In this document: positions 13,251 to 25,650 of the stretch, in pieces
How positions within the stretch are numbered: the stretch's first letter is position 1
How the letters are laid out: the number at the start of each line of letters is the position of its first letter
NCBI GenBank assembly: GCA_951406725.2
Contig: OX597818.1
Span: forward strand, 1,426,001-1,490,000
Source of the DNA: Octopus vulgaris
Lineage: Eukaryota
Direction of reading: 5' to 3'
Length of the DNA stretch: 64,000 nucleotides
Notes under the pieces: model-generated
Told to the model about the DNA's origin: nothing
Seen by the model: only the letters and a program-made list of their open reading frames with translations
Databases searched by the model: none
Position numbers and translations under genes: made by a program

Positions 13251-13756
13251 TCATCATCATCACTGATATCACTGGTATTATTGTTTTTATGTGTAGTAGT
13301 AGTAGTGGTGGTTGCAGCAACAGCAACAGTAGAAGGGGTGATATAGTGGTAAGGTTGATAGTTGGGGCACATATTCTTGTGCTATCATAATAGTAGTAGT
13401 AGTATTGTAGTATTAGTAGTATTTAGTATCAGCAGCTGCAGCATATTATCAATAAGTTTTTATTTATTTATTGTTCATTATCACCATCACCACCACTACT
13501 ATTGTAGTTGTGCATCAGATTGGTGAATAGATCATATATTCTATAGGTCTATAAATAGTTTCGGCAGATGGTGGAGAGGTAAGCCATAGAGACAAAAGGA
13601 TCTTCGCACCCCTTCCGCTCGGCAGAGGTCAAGTGTGTTTACTACTACCAGTGGCCGCTGACCACGCTTCGTTTTTATGCTCATCGACGTGTTGATGTTT
13701 CTTTAGTATTCATAATTATTATGGATGTGTAAGCGAGAAACCGAGAAGAGACAGCA

Positions 13757-13879
<123 letters not shown>

Positions 13880-14072
13880 GAGAGAGGGAGATGGAGAGAG
13901 ATTGAGCTCTTGTATGAATATGGATGTATATGTAATTAAAATATTAAATTAAATATTCTACTCACAAATTTGCAGTTTTCGTATAGAAATATTGCAAGCT
14001 ATGTGTTTACATTTTCACACACGTGTTGTTGTGGCGGCGTATCTGAGGTCAGTTTTTTTGTATATATATATA

Positions 14073-14265
14073 TGACCGCGTGTGTACCGTTGGCGATTTT
14101 TTTCCTCCGTCTTCCCTTCTTTAGATCTTTCCATTTCCTATGTTTCTGACGAAGAGCTCCGCTCGAAACGTTAAGCCTTCCTTCTTTCTTTCAATAATAC
14201 TATACTTGTTCCACGTCCACGCGTTGTTGTGTTTTCTCTTTGTGTTTTCATGTTTGGATTAACTT
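14073..14265 (+). mobile_element. Short non-coding element with minimal HHR (14141-14176), inserted in (TA)n
   Basis: TGTTT-CTGACGA-A-GAGC-TCC-GCTC-GAAAC-GTTA-AGC; TA repeats on both sides; related copy at 45925-46110. Confidence 0.75.
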
Positions 14266-14324
<59 letters not shown>

Positions 14325-14477
14325 TCCTGAGATGGCTTACATTAAAACATAGTTTCCTTTCATTGTTCTTGTTGATTCTTCATTCCTGGTACGTGATGGT
14401 TTCAGATTTATTCTAATCTTCCGGGCAGCTCGCTGTCACACGTCCATGCTGCTTTCTATTCGTTATGGTATTCATCA

Positions 14478-14565
<88 letters not shown>

Positions 14566-14589
14566 CATTATTATTATTATTATTATTAC

Positions 14590-15210
14590 TAGTGAGGGAG
14601 CAGTGCATGCCATCAAAGTGACACTGGGGTAAATTATACGAAGCCCAGTATACCGATCATGACTACCCGTCTGATAAGGGTACACCAGGCACTTGCATCA
14701 CAACCATATGTGCGCGACATGGTGATCTCATATCAAGATAAACACCACATGACCTGGCAGGTGGGGACCAGTTAGAATTTTCTTCTGATCGAGTAGCCCA
14801 TCCCGCTCAAAAGGTCCCTGAATAAAGATTATTTAAGGATGTTGAACGAACCACCCATATTTCCAAAGGTGAATTATCCAAATCTCTAAGAATTCCTTTC
14901 AACACACGGCTATGATACTCCCCCACTACTTCTGCTAATGATCAGAGATGCACATATCGTCAGCCACTAAGGGACATGCTCAACAGGTTATGGTCAAACA
15001 ACTGACAAGCAAATCTGTGGTATTGAGCAGAATATTTGATGTAGACCATCTTTTATACCAAGACAAAACAATGTACATGATAACATTTCCAATCGGTTAA
15101 GATCAGAAGCCATGAGAGCCACTGTCTGGTACTGCATCTGGGCAGTTATTGGTACTGCATCAGGACAGTCTGGTACTGCATCAGGGCAGATATTATACTG
15201 CATCAGGGCA
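14590..15210 (-). mobile_element. Non-coding retroelement segment in (TAA)n, probably an R4/Dong-like 5' UTR
   Basis: Bounded by TAA tracts; starts on the minus strand with several copies of TGCCCTGATGCAGTACC, shared with 15382-15631. Confidence 0.5.
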
Positions 15211-15381
<171 letters not shown>

Positions 15382-15631
15382 TGATGTTTGACTTTTGCTT
15401 TACATTTGTACAAGTTGGCTCCAAGTCTCACCCAGAGACCCCAAGAGACAATAAGCTGGAAGTTCATGTTGGTGTTATGCCTAGGGTGCCACATGGTACT
15501 GCATCAGGGCATCCTGGTACTGCATAAGGGCATTCTGGTAATGCATCAGGGCATCCTGGTACTGCATCAGGGTATCCTGGTACCGCATCAGGGCATCCTG
15601 GTACCGCATCAGGGCATCCTGGTACTGCATC
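15382..15631 (-). mobile_element. Mini element: about six 21-bp repeats fused to a ~115-bp LINE-like 3' tail
   Basis: (CATCCTGGTACTGCATCAGGG)n at 15494-15631; both ends abut (TAA)n. Confidence 0.6.
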
Positions 15632-15632
15632 A

Positions 15633-15709
<77 letters not shown>

Positions 15710-15787
15710 ATTATTATTATTATTATTATTATTACTACTACTACCATCAGCATCATCATCATCATCCTCATCATTATTATTATTATA

Positions 15788-17020
15788 TGTTTACCAAAGC
15801 TCTTGGAAACTGCTCCTAATGATTCAATTACTACCGGTATCACCATTACTTTCCTATCTCGTCCCGCAGTGGCTGGTATTTCTTACACTTTTCTGTTTCC
15901 TTACAATTCACCCTCGGATCGCCTGGTATTGCAACTTCTATTATTTTTGCTTCTTCTTCATATTTATGGATTATCACGATATCTGGCCGTCTCGCCTCTA
16001 TGACTTGATCGCACTGTATGTTAAAATCCCAGAGTATTCTGTAATATACGTTTTCCCTTACTCCCTCTGGCTTGTGTTCATACCATTGTTCGGCTCTCTC
16101 GTGATTTGTTTTGCAGCACAACAGCCAGTGAATATATCTGGCCACATTGCAGTGTCTCCTTTTGTATTCGCGTTGTACGAGCCTACAGCACTCACTAACA
16201 ATATGGCTTACCCTTTCTCCCTTCTCAGAGCACATCCTACACTGTGGCGAGTCGTTACTTTTATCAATGTGATATTTGGAGTAGTTTGTTCTGAGAACCT
16301 ATTCTTGAGCGCTGCGCACTAATGCCTTTTTAAGTCTCCCTTCTGCAGCCATTGCCAGGTTCCATTCCAATCAATCTCCTCTTTATTCTTCAAGAACTGG
16401 CTGTGCATTTTCTTGTCCCGCCAAATTTTCTTCATCTGTTCTCTCTAGTCTTTCTTAAATCGTGTTGGATCTACGTCTTCGTTCACTTTTCACTGCTTCA
16501 ATTATTTCTTCTTTACTCCCCTTGACACACCAAGCCAGGCTATTCTCCTTTTCCTTTACACAACCTTCACAAGACATCAATCCCCGGCCTCCTTCTTTCC
16601 TCTTTACGTACAATCTCGATACATCACTCTTTGTTCCTTGTTCATTGTCAGTAATTTACGTGTTTTCCGGATTATCTCTTGTAATTCATTCTTCTTCCAA
16701 GATACTATTCCTGCCCCGTATCTTATCAAAGCAACCGCCCACGTGCTAATTGTTCTAATCTTATTACGGCCATTTAACTTCGATTGGAGCATAAGCCGAG
16801 TTCTCCCCAAATATTCTTTCCTGTACATTTCTTTCATCTTGTATTCATTCATCTTATCTCTTTCGATGATACCCAGGTACTTATATCCTTCCTCTCCGAC
16901 TTCCTTTATAGTTTCGCCACTTTCCAGCTCGATCCAATGGCTTTTACTGATTTTTCCCCTTTTGAGAATCATTACACCACATTTCTCGATCCCGAATTCC
17001 ATGCCAATATCTAGATAGAA
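15788..17020 (-). mobile_element. R4/Dong-like LINE 3' fragment (RT end, zinc finger, RLE endonuclease)
   Basis: DIGMEFGIEKC, YKYLGI, CRMCSEKGERVSHIVSEC, ILWDFNIQCDQVIEARRPDIV, VIPVVIESLG. Confidence 0.9.
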
Positions 17021-17149
17021 CATTCTGTAAGCCAGTAGATAAGGATAGCATAGGTTCTCCATTTTCTTAATTGTCAACTAAACAGAGCAAAAGTCTGTGA
17101 TCTGTACAGTCGACCCAGATAGGCTTTGTTGGTGGGTATTCGATAAAAC

Positions 17150-17232
17150 ATATACCAGTTGAGCACTGGTGTCGATATAATTGACTTGTTCCCTTCCTGG
17201 AATTGCTGGCCGTATGCCAAAATTTGAAATCA
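17150..17232 (+). mobile_element. SINE 3' fragment with the same core as 10289 but a different tail
   Basis: TACCAGTTGAGCACTGGTGTCGATATAATTGACTT matches 10421-10455, then diverges (AATTGCTGGCCGTATGCCAAAATTTGAAA). Confidence 0.65.
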
Positions 17233-19618
17233 GTATTTTAATGCAATTGATTACATAGAGGTTAACATACCGTAGTGATAAAATACTCACTTTGAAATCG
17301 CTTGGTTTGGGGTCTACTTTAAAAGGGTCTACTTTCTTGTTGCCAGCATTCCATTGCATACGACGTTTATCTAATGTCTAGCACAGCCTCTGTCAGCCTA
17401 TTACTTAGGTAAACAGAAACGGTGTTGTAAGCAGTCGGATGTTCTTTGACATTTTTAGGGTAGTAGATTAATCCGTCGCTCAGCTTACCATACCATGTCA
17501 CCGTCAGGCACCTTTAAAAGGGTCTACTTTCTTGTTGCCAGCATTGGTCTGATGGTAATCCACGAGCCGTGATTTATTATTCCGTCGTTGCCACTAATCC
17601 CTGCAGAAAGCTCACAGTCACTTCCTTTTCTATCTATTAAATAAAATAACCAGTGACCTGACCAAGTTAGTAAAAGTAGAAACGTTAAAGACGACGTTAA
17701 AGTAACTTGGTTGAGAATAGGAATTTATGAATATATGTGCATGTGTGTGTAAGTGTGTGTCTATGTGTTTATATATGTATCTCTCTTTGTATTTATGTGT
17801 GTACATTATATATCTTTACAATACGAATCGAACAGCCACTTGTATTCATTTATATGTGTCCATACAAACTTGACATTATAATTCCGGTATTGTATTAAAT
17901 TACTTTCAACTTGTCTGTACCTGTCTGCACATAATTTATAGACCACATTCATGTTATTGCATGCAATATCTTTAATATTTCATTAGGGAAAACAACACAG
18001 GTTTTCAAGTGACTCTTGTTTATGTTACAAATCGCCTCAGAGAGGAAATTTGTTTCTAGTCTGGTGTGTAAAAGTTTATTTAAAGCAGTTAGATGTAAAA
18101 AACGATCCTGGATTTTAGCTTTAAGTTAATTATATCTGAACTTAAGAAATGTTTTAGCGACGAGATTAAATGATTGTACTAGATAGAAGCAAAAACTACG
18201 ATGCTAGAAGCAATGTCTGCGCCATTTCCAACCATGGGATCTCGTAAACATCTACTGTTATGTGAAATGAACGCCAGGCTGTAATGCAAAGAATTATATC
18301 ACTAAAAATAACTTCCAATACAAAATAGATGTTTTCTTCATTGGTAAGCACCACATTGAGTAAATAACAACAAAGACAAAACATATCCAACATTCTATTT
18401 TTGTTTTTGTTTAACTTCATATCAACCGTAACTCAAGAGATCTAAAAGACATTCCAGACTTGACCATTCTGTCTTTTTTTCTTCTTCAGGTTTTGTGCAG
18501 CGCTAGTACATTATTGAATGTGCAATTTCAGGAAATAGAAGGTTGAAGGAGATATTTGTTAGTAATTGTAGCAACTATTCAGAAGCTCCCTCGTTGCCCT
18601 GTTCTATCTTTGAAATAAAAATTTGTAGTATAGAAACTAACGAGTCTTGTAGGAACTTTATGGTAAGGACTGATACCTAACGTAAGTGCAAGGCCTTAAA
18701 TTTGGAACATGGATATTTTCAATTAGCTCGTCCTTAGTACACAATTGGCATTATTTTATTCAGCATGAAAGTATAAAAGCCAAAGTAGATTCTGCAAAGG
18801 TTATTGATATATGTTTCAATATGTTGAAGGTGGCCAAAATGTAATTAGTTTTCAAATTATAACGAATAGCGGCTGATGATGTTATCATGAAATGAACTAA
18901 ATCTTCCTGGATATATTCAATAGAAATAGCTAAATTAAGTTTTTGATTTCTTGCACCTGTCCACAGTTGTTACAAATTAAATTTGTTAATGAGTCCTAAG
19001 CCTCGAAGTAGGAAGATTTGAATGAGACTTGTTATTCAGTAAACATGCTGTTTACCCCAACTTGACAGGTAGGTTATTTTTTTCAGTGTGTCAAATGTCT
19101 GGTGAATTTCTCGTCTCTCTACTCTTTTGTTTGGGTATAATAATACTGATGACATGTTTAGTTTGCTTTAGAAGTGTGAGATTGTTAAAAGATCATCTGA
19201 TGAAATTATTACTTATATTATGTTTAAATCACTTATTTATATGCTTATATAAAATTATTGCTGTAAGAGAACTACCTAAGAATGATTTGATACAGACACG
19301 AAATAGCAACGAATTGTAAATATATAAAATAATCGGGCATCGATATAAACTGTTAAAGTTAAGGTATAAATTCTCGAGAAGGCGACTTTCAGACAGTTTT
19401 TCGTTTTCGTTTTTCTTTTTCTTTCTTTCTTTCTTTCTTTTTTATTTTTTGCTGGTTGAATTAATTTTATTTATTTTTTCCATACTAATATGTTTCAGAA
19501 AGGTATGAACGTCAAAAGTACAAAGAAAATCAATATAATTGGGCCATATACTAAATGAAGTCAATCCACGGCAGTTTAGAGAAGATTTGTTAACTTCCTT
19601 ACTAAATATTTATATATC

Positions 19619-20033
19619 ATTAATAGTTATTGCCAAGCTAATATGGCAGTCCAGAAATATAGCACGAATGCTGCCGTTGATTAGCTCCAAGAAGCCATAG
19701 TCTCTAGCTAGCTATGTGACACACGAACCTGCGTCCATTATAACCTTCGAACAGGAGAGGTCAGCCGCTTCCCCTTGCTGGTCAGGCATCTACAGATATG
19801 CTTCAGAGTATTTGTCCCTTATCAATGCAGAGCAGGACAAATACCCTGAAACATGTCTGCAGATGCCTGACCAGCAAGGGGAAGCGGCTGACCTCCCCTG
19901 TTCGAAGGTTATAATGGACACAGGTTCGTGTGTCACATAGCAAGCTAGAGACTATGGCTTCTTGGAGTTAATCAACGGCAGCATTCGTGCTATATTTCTG
20001 GACTGCCATATTAGCTTGGCGATATCTATTAAT
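19619..20033. repeat. Near-perfect palindrome (about 199-bp arms, 17-bp spacer) centred on a hammerhead
   Basis: Arms 19619-19817 and 19835-20033 are reverse complements with few substitutions. Confidence 0.95.
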
Positions 20034-20519
20034 ATCCAGTACCGCTGCCGTAGTTTCCTTTAGAGAGAATTCGAAATTTTAATATTTCTATATTTATATA
20101 TTAAAAATAGTCAATCCGAATTCTATTTTGGTTTGAAAAGTTTGTCAGAACTTTTAATTTTGCATTATTGCTTCAAAACAAACGCTTTATTCTAATTACA
20201 TAACCCTTTAATCAAAATTATCAGAAAGGGCTGTAATTTCCGAATATCTCTAGATATCGCCACTGCATTCATCTATAAATCTGTATTTATCGATGAGATT
20301 TCCTTATTAAAGATTTTAGAGTTTCAACAGGCCGAGTCGAAGGTTTATCAGATTACTGATTGATTGGTCGACATTTTGTATGTACTGTGATATATTTCTA
20401 CCGGGTCTAAAGTGTTACTACCATATCCCTGCTTCGAATATAGTGAAATATCAAACACATTGCAACGTATAAGTTATAATAAACTAGTATCTAACAATAC
20501 GGTGGTTACTAAACATAAA

Positions 20520-20742
20520 CCAGGGGCCAGTGGGAAAAAGGCCATCCGCTTGACTGTGAGAGCAGCAAAGGTGGCTTCAAAGTAGCTATGAATCAGGATA
20601 TTCGATCCCTAGGGGTAGTGAACACAAGCTGGAAATCGATCAATCCCGGTTGGCTCTCTTAGGTGAAGGTGTCTCATAATGAAATATATAAAATACCTAA
20701 AGACCGCAGGAACATCAAAGTTAATGTATCCAGGTGCATCAC
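20520..20742 (+). mobile_element. HERO-like RLE LINE 3' end, degenerate
   Basis: KKAIRLTVRAAKVASK-like C-terminus followed by ACACAAGCTGG...GATCAATCCCGGTTGG...AGGTGTCT...CAGGAACATCA...GTATCCAGGTGCATC, which resembles recalled HERO 3' UTRs. Confidence 0.5.
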
Positions 20743-21155
20743 TGGATAATGCACGGAAAAATTATTGTAAGTTTTATGGTTTATTTCTGCTTTAACAGTG
20801 GCATGTTGTTTATATATGTGTACTACGCAACATGTATTTCTTCCACGGTTTTTGATAGACAAGCTTGCATCCCAACAATGTGGTCTTGCATTCAGTCCCA
20901 CTGTGTAGCACCTTGAAGTGGATTTGATCGACTCAACCTTTCAAGGCAGTGCCTCGGCATATGTGCAGTCCAATAACTAAAACAAATAGTAGAAAATGTA
21001 AGATATATATGTATATATATATATATTACCGGAGTCATTCTTGTTGCTTATTTTGATTATAATCACCCCACAAATTTTTTATGGATAACACCATACAAAC
21101 TTCTGGTGCATCTAAATTAAGTACCATATTCATTCGAATCTAAATTTTTGCTGAA

Positions 21156-21211
<56 letters not shown>

Positions 21212-21227
21212 AAGGGTATATATTCAT

Positions 21228-21510
21228 GGCACTCACTCAGTTACAATGACGAGGGTTCTAGTTGATCCGACCAATGGAACAACCTGCCCGTGAAATTAAC
21301 GTGCAACTGAATGAACACTCCACAGGCACGTGTAACCTTAACGTAGTTCTCAGAGAGATTCAGCGTGACAAGGCAATTTTTCCAGCTGAGTGAACTGGAG
21401 AAACGAAAATTAAAGTGTCTTGCTCAAGTAGACAACGCGCCGCCAGGAATTGAACTCACGACCTTACGATCTTGAGCCGAATACCCTAACAACTAAACCA
21501 CGCACCTTCA
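21228..21510 (-). mobile_element. tRNA-derived SINE
   Basis: Minus-strand head GGTGCGTGGTTTAGTTGTTAGGG...GTGAGTTCAATTCC; body CTCCAGTTCACTCAGCTG shared with the 29990 SINE. Confidence 0.75.
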
Positions 21511-21621
21511 CATATGTGAGTGCGTGTGTATACATGTTTATATTATACACATACATACATACTTATTTGTATGTTTGTGTATATATCATTACACAAACAT
21601 GCGCACATACAGATATATATT

Positions 21622-21655
<34 letters not shown>

Positions 21656-21769
21656 CCGTTACATGTTTTAATCGAAAACATGTTTTAATCGTAATCCCTA
21701 TTAAATACACACCTCTAACTGTGTCAAAGTTCCCTAATGTTTATTCAATTTTTCACTTACAGAGTGCAG

Positions 21770-22105
21770 AGTAAAGCCAGGATCCATGACCTTTGCAAAC
21801 TCTTCTACACAAGTTGGCTTGATGCCTTCCATGTTTGGTTTAGATTGTAGAAAATCAACACCTGCAGACCTGAATAGGGAAATGATTAAAGAGGACCGAT
21901 GTTCTGGGAAGAAGGAACTGAGCATTGCTTAATGGCGGTGGGTAACTGGGGAATTGGACACAACCAGAATGATACTGAATGGAAAGACAAGTTGTTCTGA
22001 AGGTCTTGGATGGAAGACGTACAAGACTACGCTCCTCTGAGGAACAGAGGCCATCGCAGTAGCGATTGATAAGACAAAGAGAAGAGACAGCACTCGTGGG
22101 AACCA
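21770..22105 (-). mobile_element. CR1/L2-group (Crack/Daphne-like) LINE 3' remnant
   Basis: AVSSLCLINRYCDGLCSSE...FLLPRTSVLFNHFP, resembling ORF2 C-termini of this group. Confidence 0.6.
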
Positions 22106-22594
22106 CACAATATCACATGAATATAATTTTAATTTCAGTTACGCAGCAAGAAAAAGTGGAAAAGCATGACGACCCATATGCGTCTGTGTAAGTAGCATTT
22201 TATCCTTCCACTTGCTTTATGACACGAAATTCATATCGAGAAAAATCCATAAATTTTAAGAGCTCTTAAATCTTTTATTTAGTTTCTTTAAATTTGAACT
22301 TTATATTCTACCAAATTATAGTGATGCAGAAGACATTTGGAAAGATTCATATGAATATGTAGCAGAGAACATCCATAGCTGAACAGTAATGATTTAAGAT
22401 TTTTAAAGAATATAGAATGCTTTCGTTGGACTGGAGATCATGCCTCAGCGTAAGAGAAATACGGTGAGGGAGAGATGGAGAGATAGAATGAAGAGAGACA
22501 GAAAGTGGGGATGAAAGAAGACATACTTCGGTTTTATAAACAGAAAGATTGTGCTTGCAATCTTTCTCTCTCTTTCCCTCTTTCTTTCTTTCAT

Positions 22595-22626
<32 letters not shown>

Positions 22627-22943
22627 TTATCTATATATCCCTGTCTAAAATTGATCAGTGTCACTATTTTCTATTTCTTAATCTTTCATTTTTAACCAAC
22701 ATCATAACAATAAAACATAACGGAATAATTGATAATTGATAATTACTTTTTGATAATTTTTAGACAACATTACATTGTTTTTTGGTCACGTGCTGTGTTT
22801 GTTTAGCCAAATCACATGCTCTGTTTGGCCATGTGATACACTGTATCGTCTATTCAACGTATCTATCGCTCGGTAGCATTGTTAGGCTTCTCTCTTTTCT
22901 TCTTTTAATATCTGCCACAGCTACGTCTCTCATTCTACTCTGT

Positions 22944-22980
<37 letters not shown>

Positions 22981-23829
22981 AGATAACAACATCTGTCTCC
23001 CTCTTTCTCTCTTCTCTTTCCGCTTCTTTCTCTATGTTTTGTCACTGCCTGTCTATCAGTCCCTATCTTTCTCTCACTCGCTCTCTCTAACGGTTTGTAT
23101 TTCGCGTCTCACTCTCTTTTTCTCTTGCTCTCTCTCTCTCTCTTTCCCTCTCAGCCTCCCTAACTGTAGCTGTGTTTCTTTTTTTCTTCTTCTTTCGTTT
23201 TACCTATTTTCTCGCCTTCTAAACATACAAACACAGTAAATAATGTATTTGTACTGCCTGGCTTCTAACCTGAATACAACAAAAAGTTAGTTCAGTTTAA
23301 CGTTTATCTATATTGCCAACAACACAAAATAGACTTTCAATAAGTTAGTTTGTTTCCACACAAATGTATATAGCTTTACATTCACAACTGTCGTGTATAT
23401 ATTTACATTCAGAGATATCGTGAATATTTATACACACACAGCAAGCATATGTATTTTTACACATACAAACGTCGTATATATTTCTTTTTACATACACAGA
23501 TGGCCCATATACACGTATATTACTTTTACACACTTTTACACAAACAGTCTTGTATACTTTTATACTCAAAACAGCCATGTATATTTTTACATATACAACT
23601 GTGGTTTGTATATACACATTCAAATACACACACGCGCACGACCACACATGTATATAATAAGTCACTTCACAAATATACAACATGATTTAGGAATGACAGT
23701 AATTAAATATTCGGTCGTAAAACAGATCAATGATTCCCATTAGATTCAACATAGATTTTACATTAGACGCTCTCAGGTTTATCCTTGAAAATAACAAATT
23801 TCTTTTTAAGAAGAAAAATACCTTCAGTT

Positions 23830-25200
23830 TAGCGGCATGATAATAGGAACTAAGTTTGCTCCGCTATGGAGATACTTGGAACAAAAACCGCATCAAAAAG
23901 TAGAGGAAGCTACGGTGCTGACTGTAGAAGATATATAGAGGGCGCATGCAAAAGATATCTTGACGTATGTTTCCTAATTTTCACAAGATCTGCAGATAAT
24001 TTGGGGGAATTCAGCTTCATTCCGAACGATCTATAGCCAACTCTAAAATTCACAAAGGAGATTAGCAATACGGTAATTACAAATAATACCAACATCAAAA
24101 TAGACAATCTTATGCAAGAAACACAAATACACGTCAGTATATAAACTTCAAATCATGTTATTCAGCACATAAGCAACATAATATTCCATACTGTCCAGCC
24201 TCCAATATTTGTACTTTTGTAGATAATGAAGCTGCCAGAAATAAACGACTCACTCACAGAATTCAAGGGATTTGTACTCAAACGAAAATATCCACCCCTA
24301 TCTGTAGAAAATGGTATATAACGTCCAAAACAAACACCTATAGAACAAACCAAGAGGAACACAAGATTGAATATCATACTTATAGTTATCCACAATCTAT
24401 ACTCTCAAAACGTTTTAACGTCGACAAATCAAACTTATCAATCATAAAACAAAATAACCATATAAAAAATTAAATTACAGATCGAAAATTTGTTAAACGT
24501 AAAAGGCAACCAGAAAAAAACTTGAAGCGATTGTTGACAAAGAGAAGTTTGACGTTAACAACAATGATAAAACATTCATGATGTCCAAATGAAGTGGTAA
24601 TCAGTGTGATACATGCCAGTTAATACATACCTGTTATCATATCAACACAAAAACCAACCGAAGAATTTTTCCAAATGCAGAAATATGATATACGGCATCA
24701 AATGCTCAAATTGTAAAGAGATATATATTGACCAGACAATAAATACATTTTCGGAGCAGAATTTGTTGCATCAGCCACAATTTAGGTACCTTAATATTCG
24801 GCAGATACCATTAAGCAATCATTTGAAAACTATAATAAAATGCGGTAAGAAAATGTTTTCAATATTTTCATATTGCTAACTTTACGATTCAAGTGAAATT
24901 AGAAGAGATGAAAGAATATTCTCTTTTCTGAATGGATAATAATATGAAGAAGAAAAAGAATATCGATATTGATCTAAATGAATTTTATTCAAAATATGTA
25001 GTAATTGGTAATAATAACAATCAGAGTTTGAACTTAGCTTCAGTTTAGAATATTTAAGACGAGACTATTATATGAGATATTTTTCAACATCTGATTATAG
25101 CCAAAGCCTTTATCGGTAACTCGGGTTGGTTAATATGTTACTATAAATAAGGACTGTGAAGATCAACTGAGTTATCGCGTTCATCAAGCTAGAACGTCTA
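23830..25200 (+). mobile_element. Penelope-like element 3' fragment (RT end, GIY-YIG) with degenerate HHR at 25091-25198
   Basis: G..IGTKFAP and NMIYGIKCSNCKEIYIDQT; downstream CTGATTA-TAGC...GCTA-GAAC-GTC. Confidence 0.75.
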
Positions 25201-25650
25201 AGCTGCACGCTGATCGGTTAAAGTAGTGTTCGCAAGCTTCAACCTGCTGTAGCCTATCGGAAAGTAAAGGGAAAATTTTGTCATTTCCTTACAGTTGTCA
25301 GTTGTGCAGCACATTAGCTATTTGTCAATGTGACAACGTAAACATTTACCTTAAGATTATTGAAGCACTTATAATATTGTAAAATTGAAAGCTCTGTCCA
25401 CATGAAACTACTCATAATTTGTAAAATTGTAAAAATACAATAAAATGCCGCACACACACTAAACACACACACACTACCACACACACATCGCGCGCACATG
25501 CACAAACAGGGTTACCACCCCACGCGCACACGCTACAATACATAAATGCTACCACATATACATACACGCCACCACACACACATTTACACACACATACCGA
25601 CCATCCTCACACTTTCCTGTCCCACTTTCTCTTGGTCTATATATATATAT

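Noticed and set aside
15494-15631. CRISPR-like repeat array
   Set aside because: Contiguous tandem 21-mers without unique spacers, in a eukaryotic context.
18470-18560. Strong splice acceptor at 18489
   Set aside because: No convincing donor, and all frames stop within about 20 codons.
18196-19320. Possible further PLE remnant on the minus strand
   Set aside because: Only faint motif resemblance; too decayed to call by eye.
25114-25177. Pre-miRNA-like hairpin
   Set aside because: Short stem with a ~29-nt loop, and it lies within stem II of a degenerate HHR downstream of a PLE fragment.
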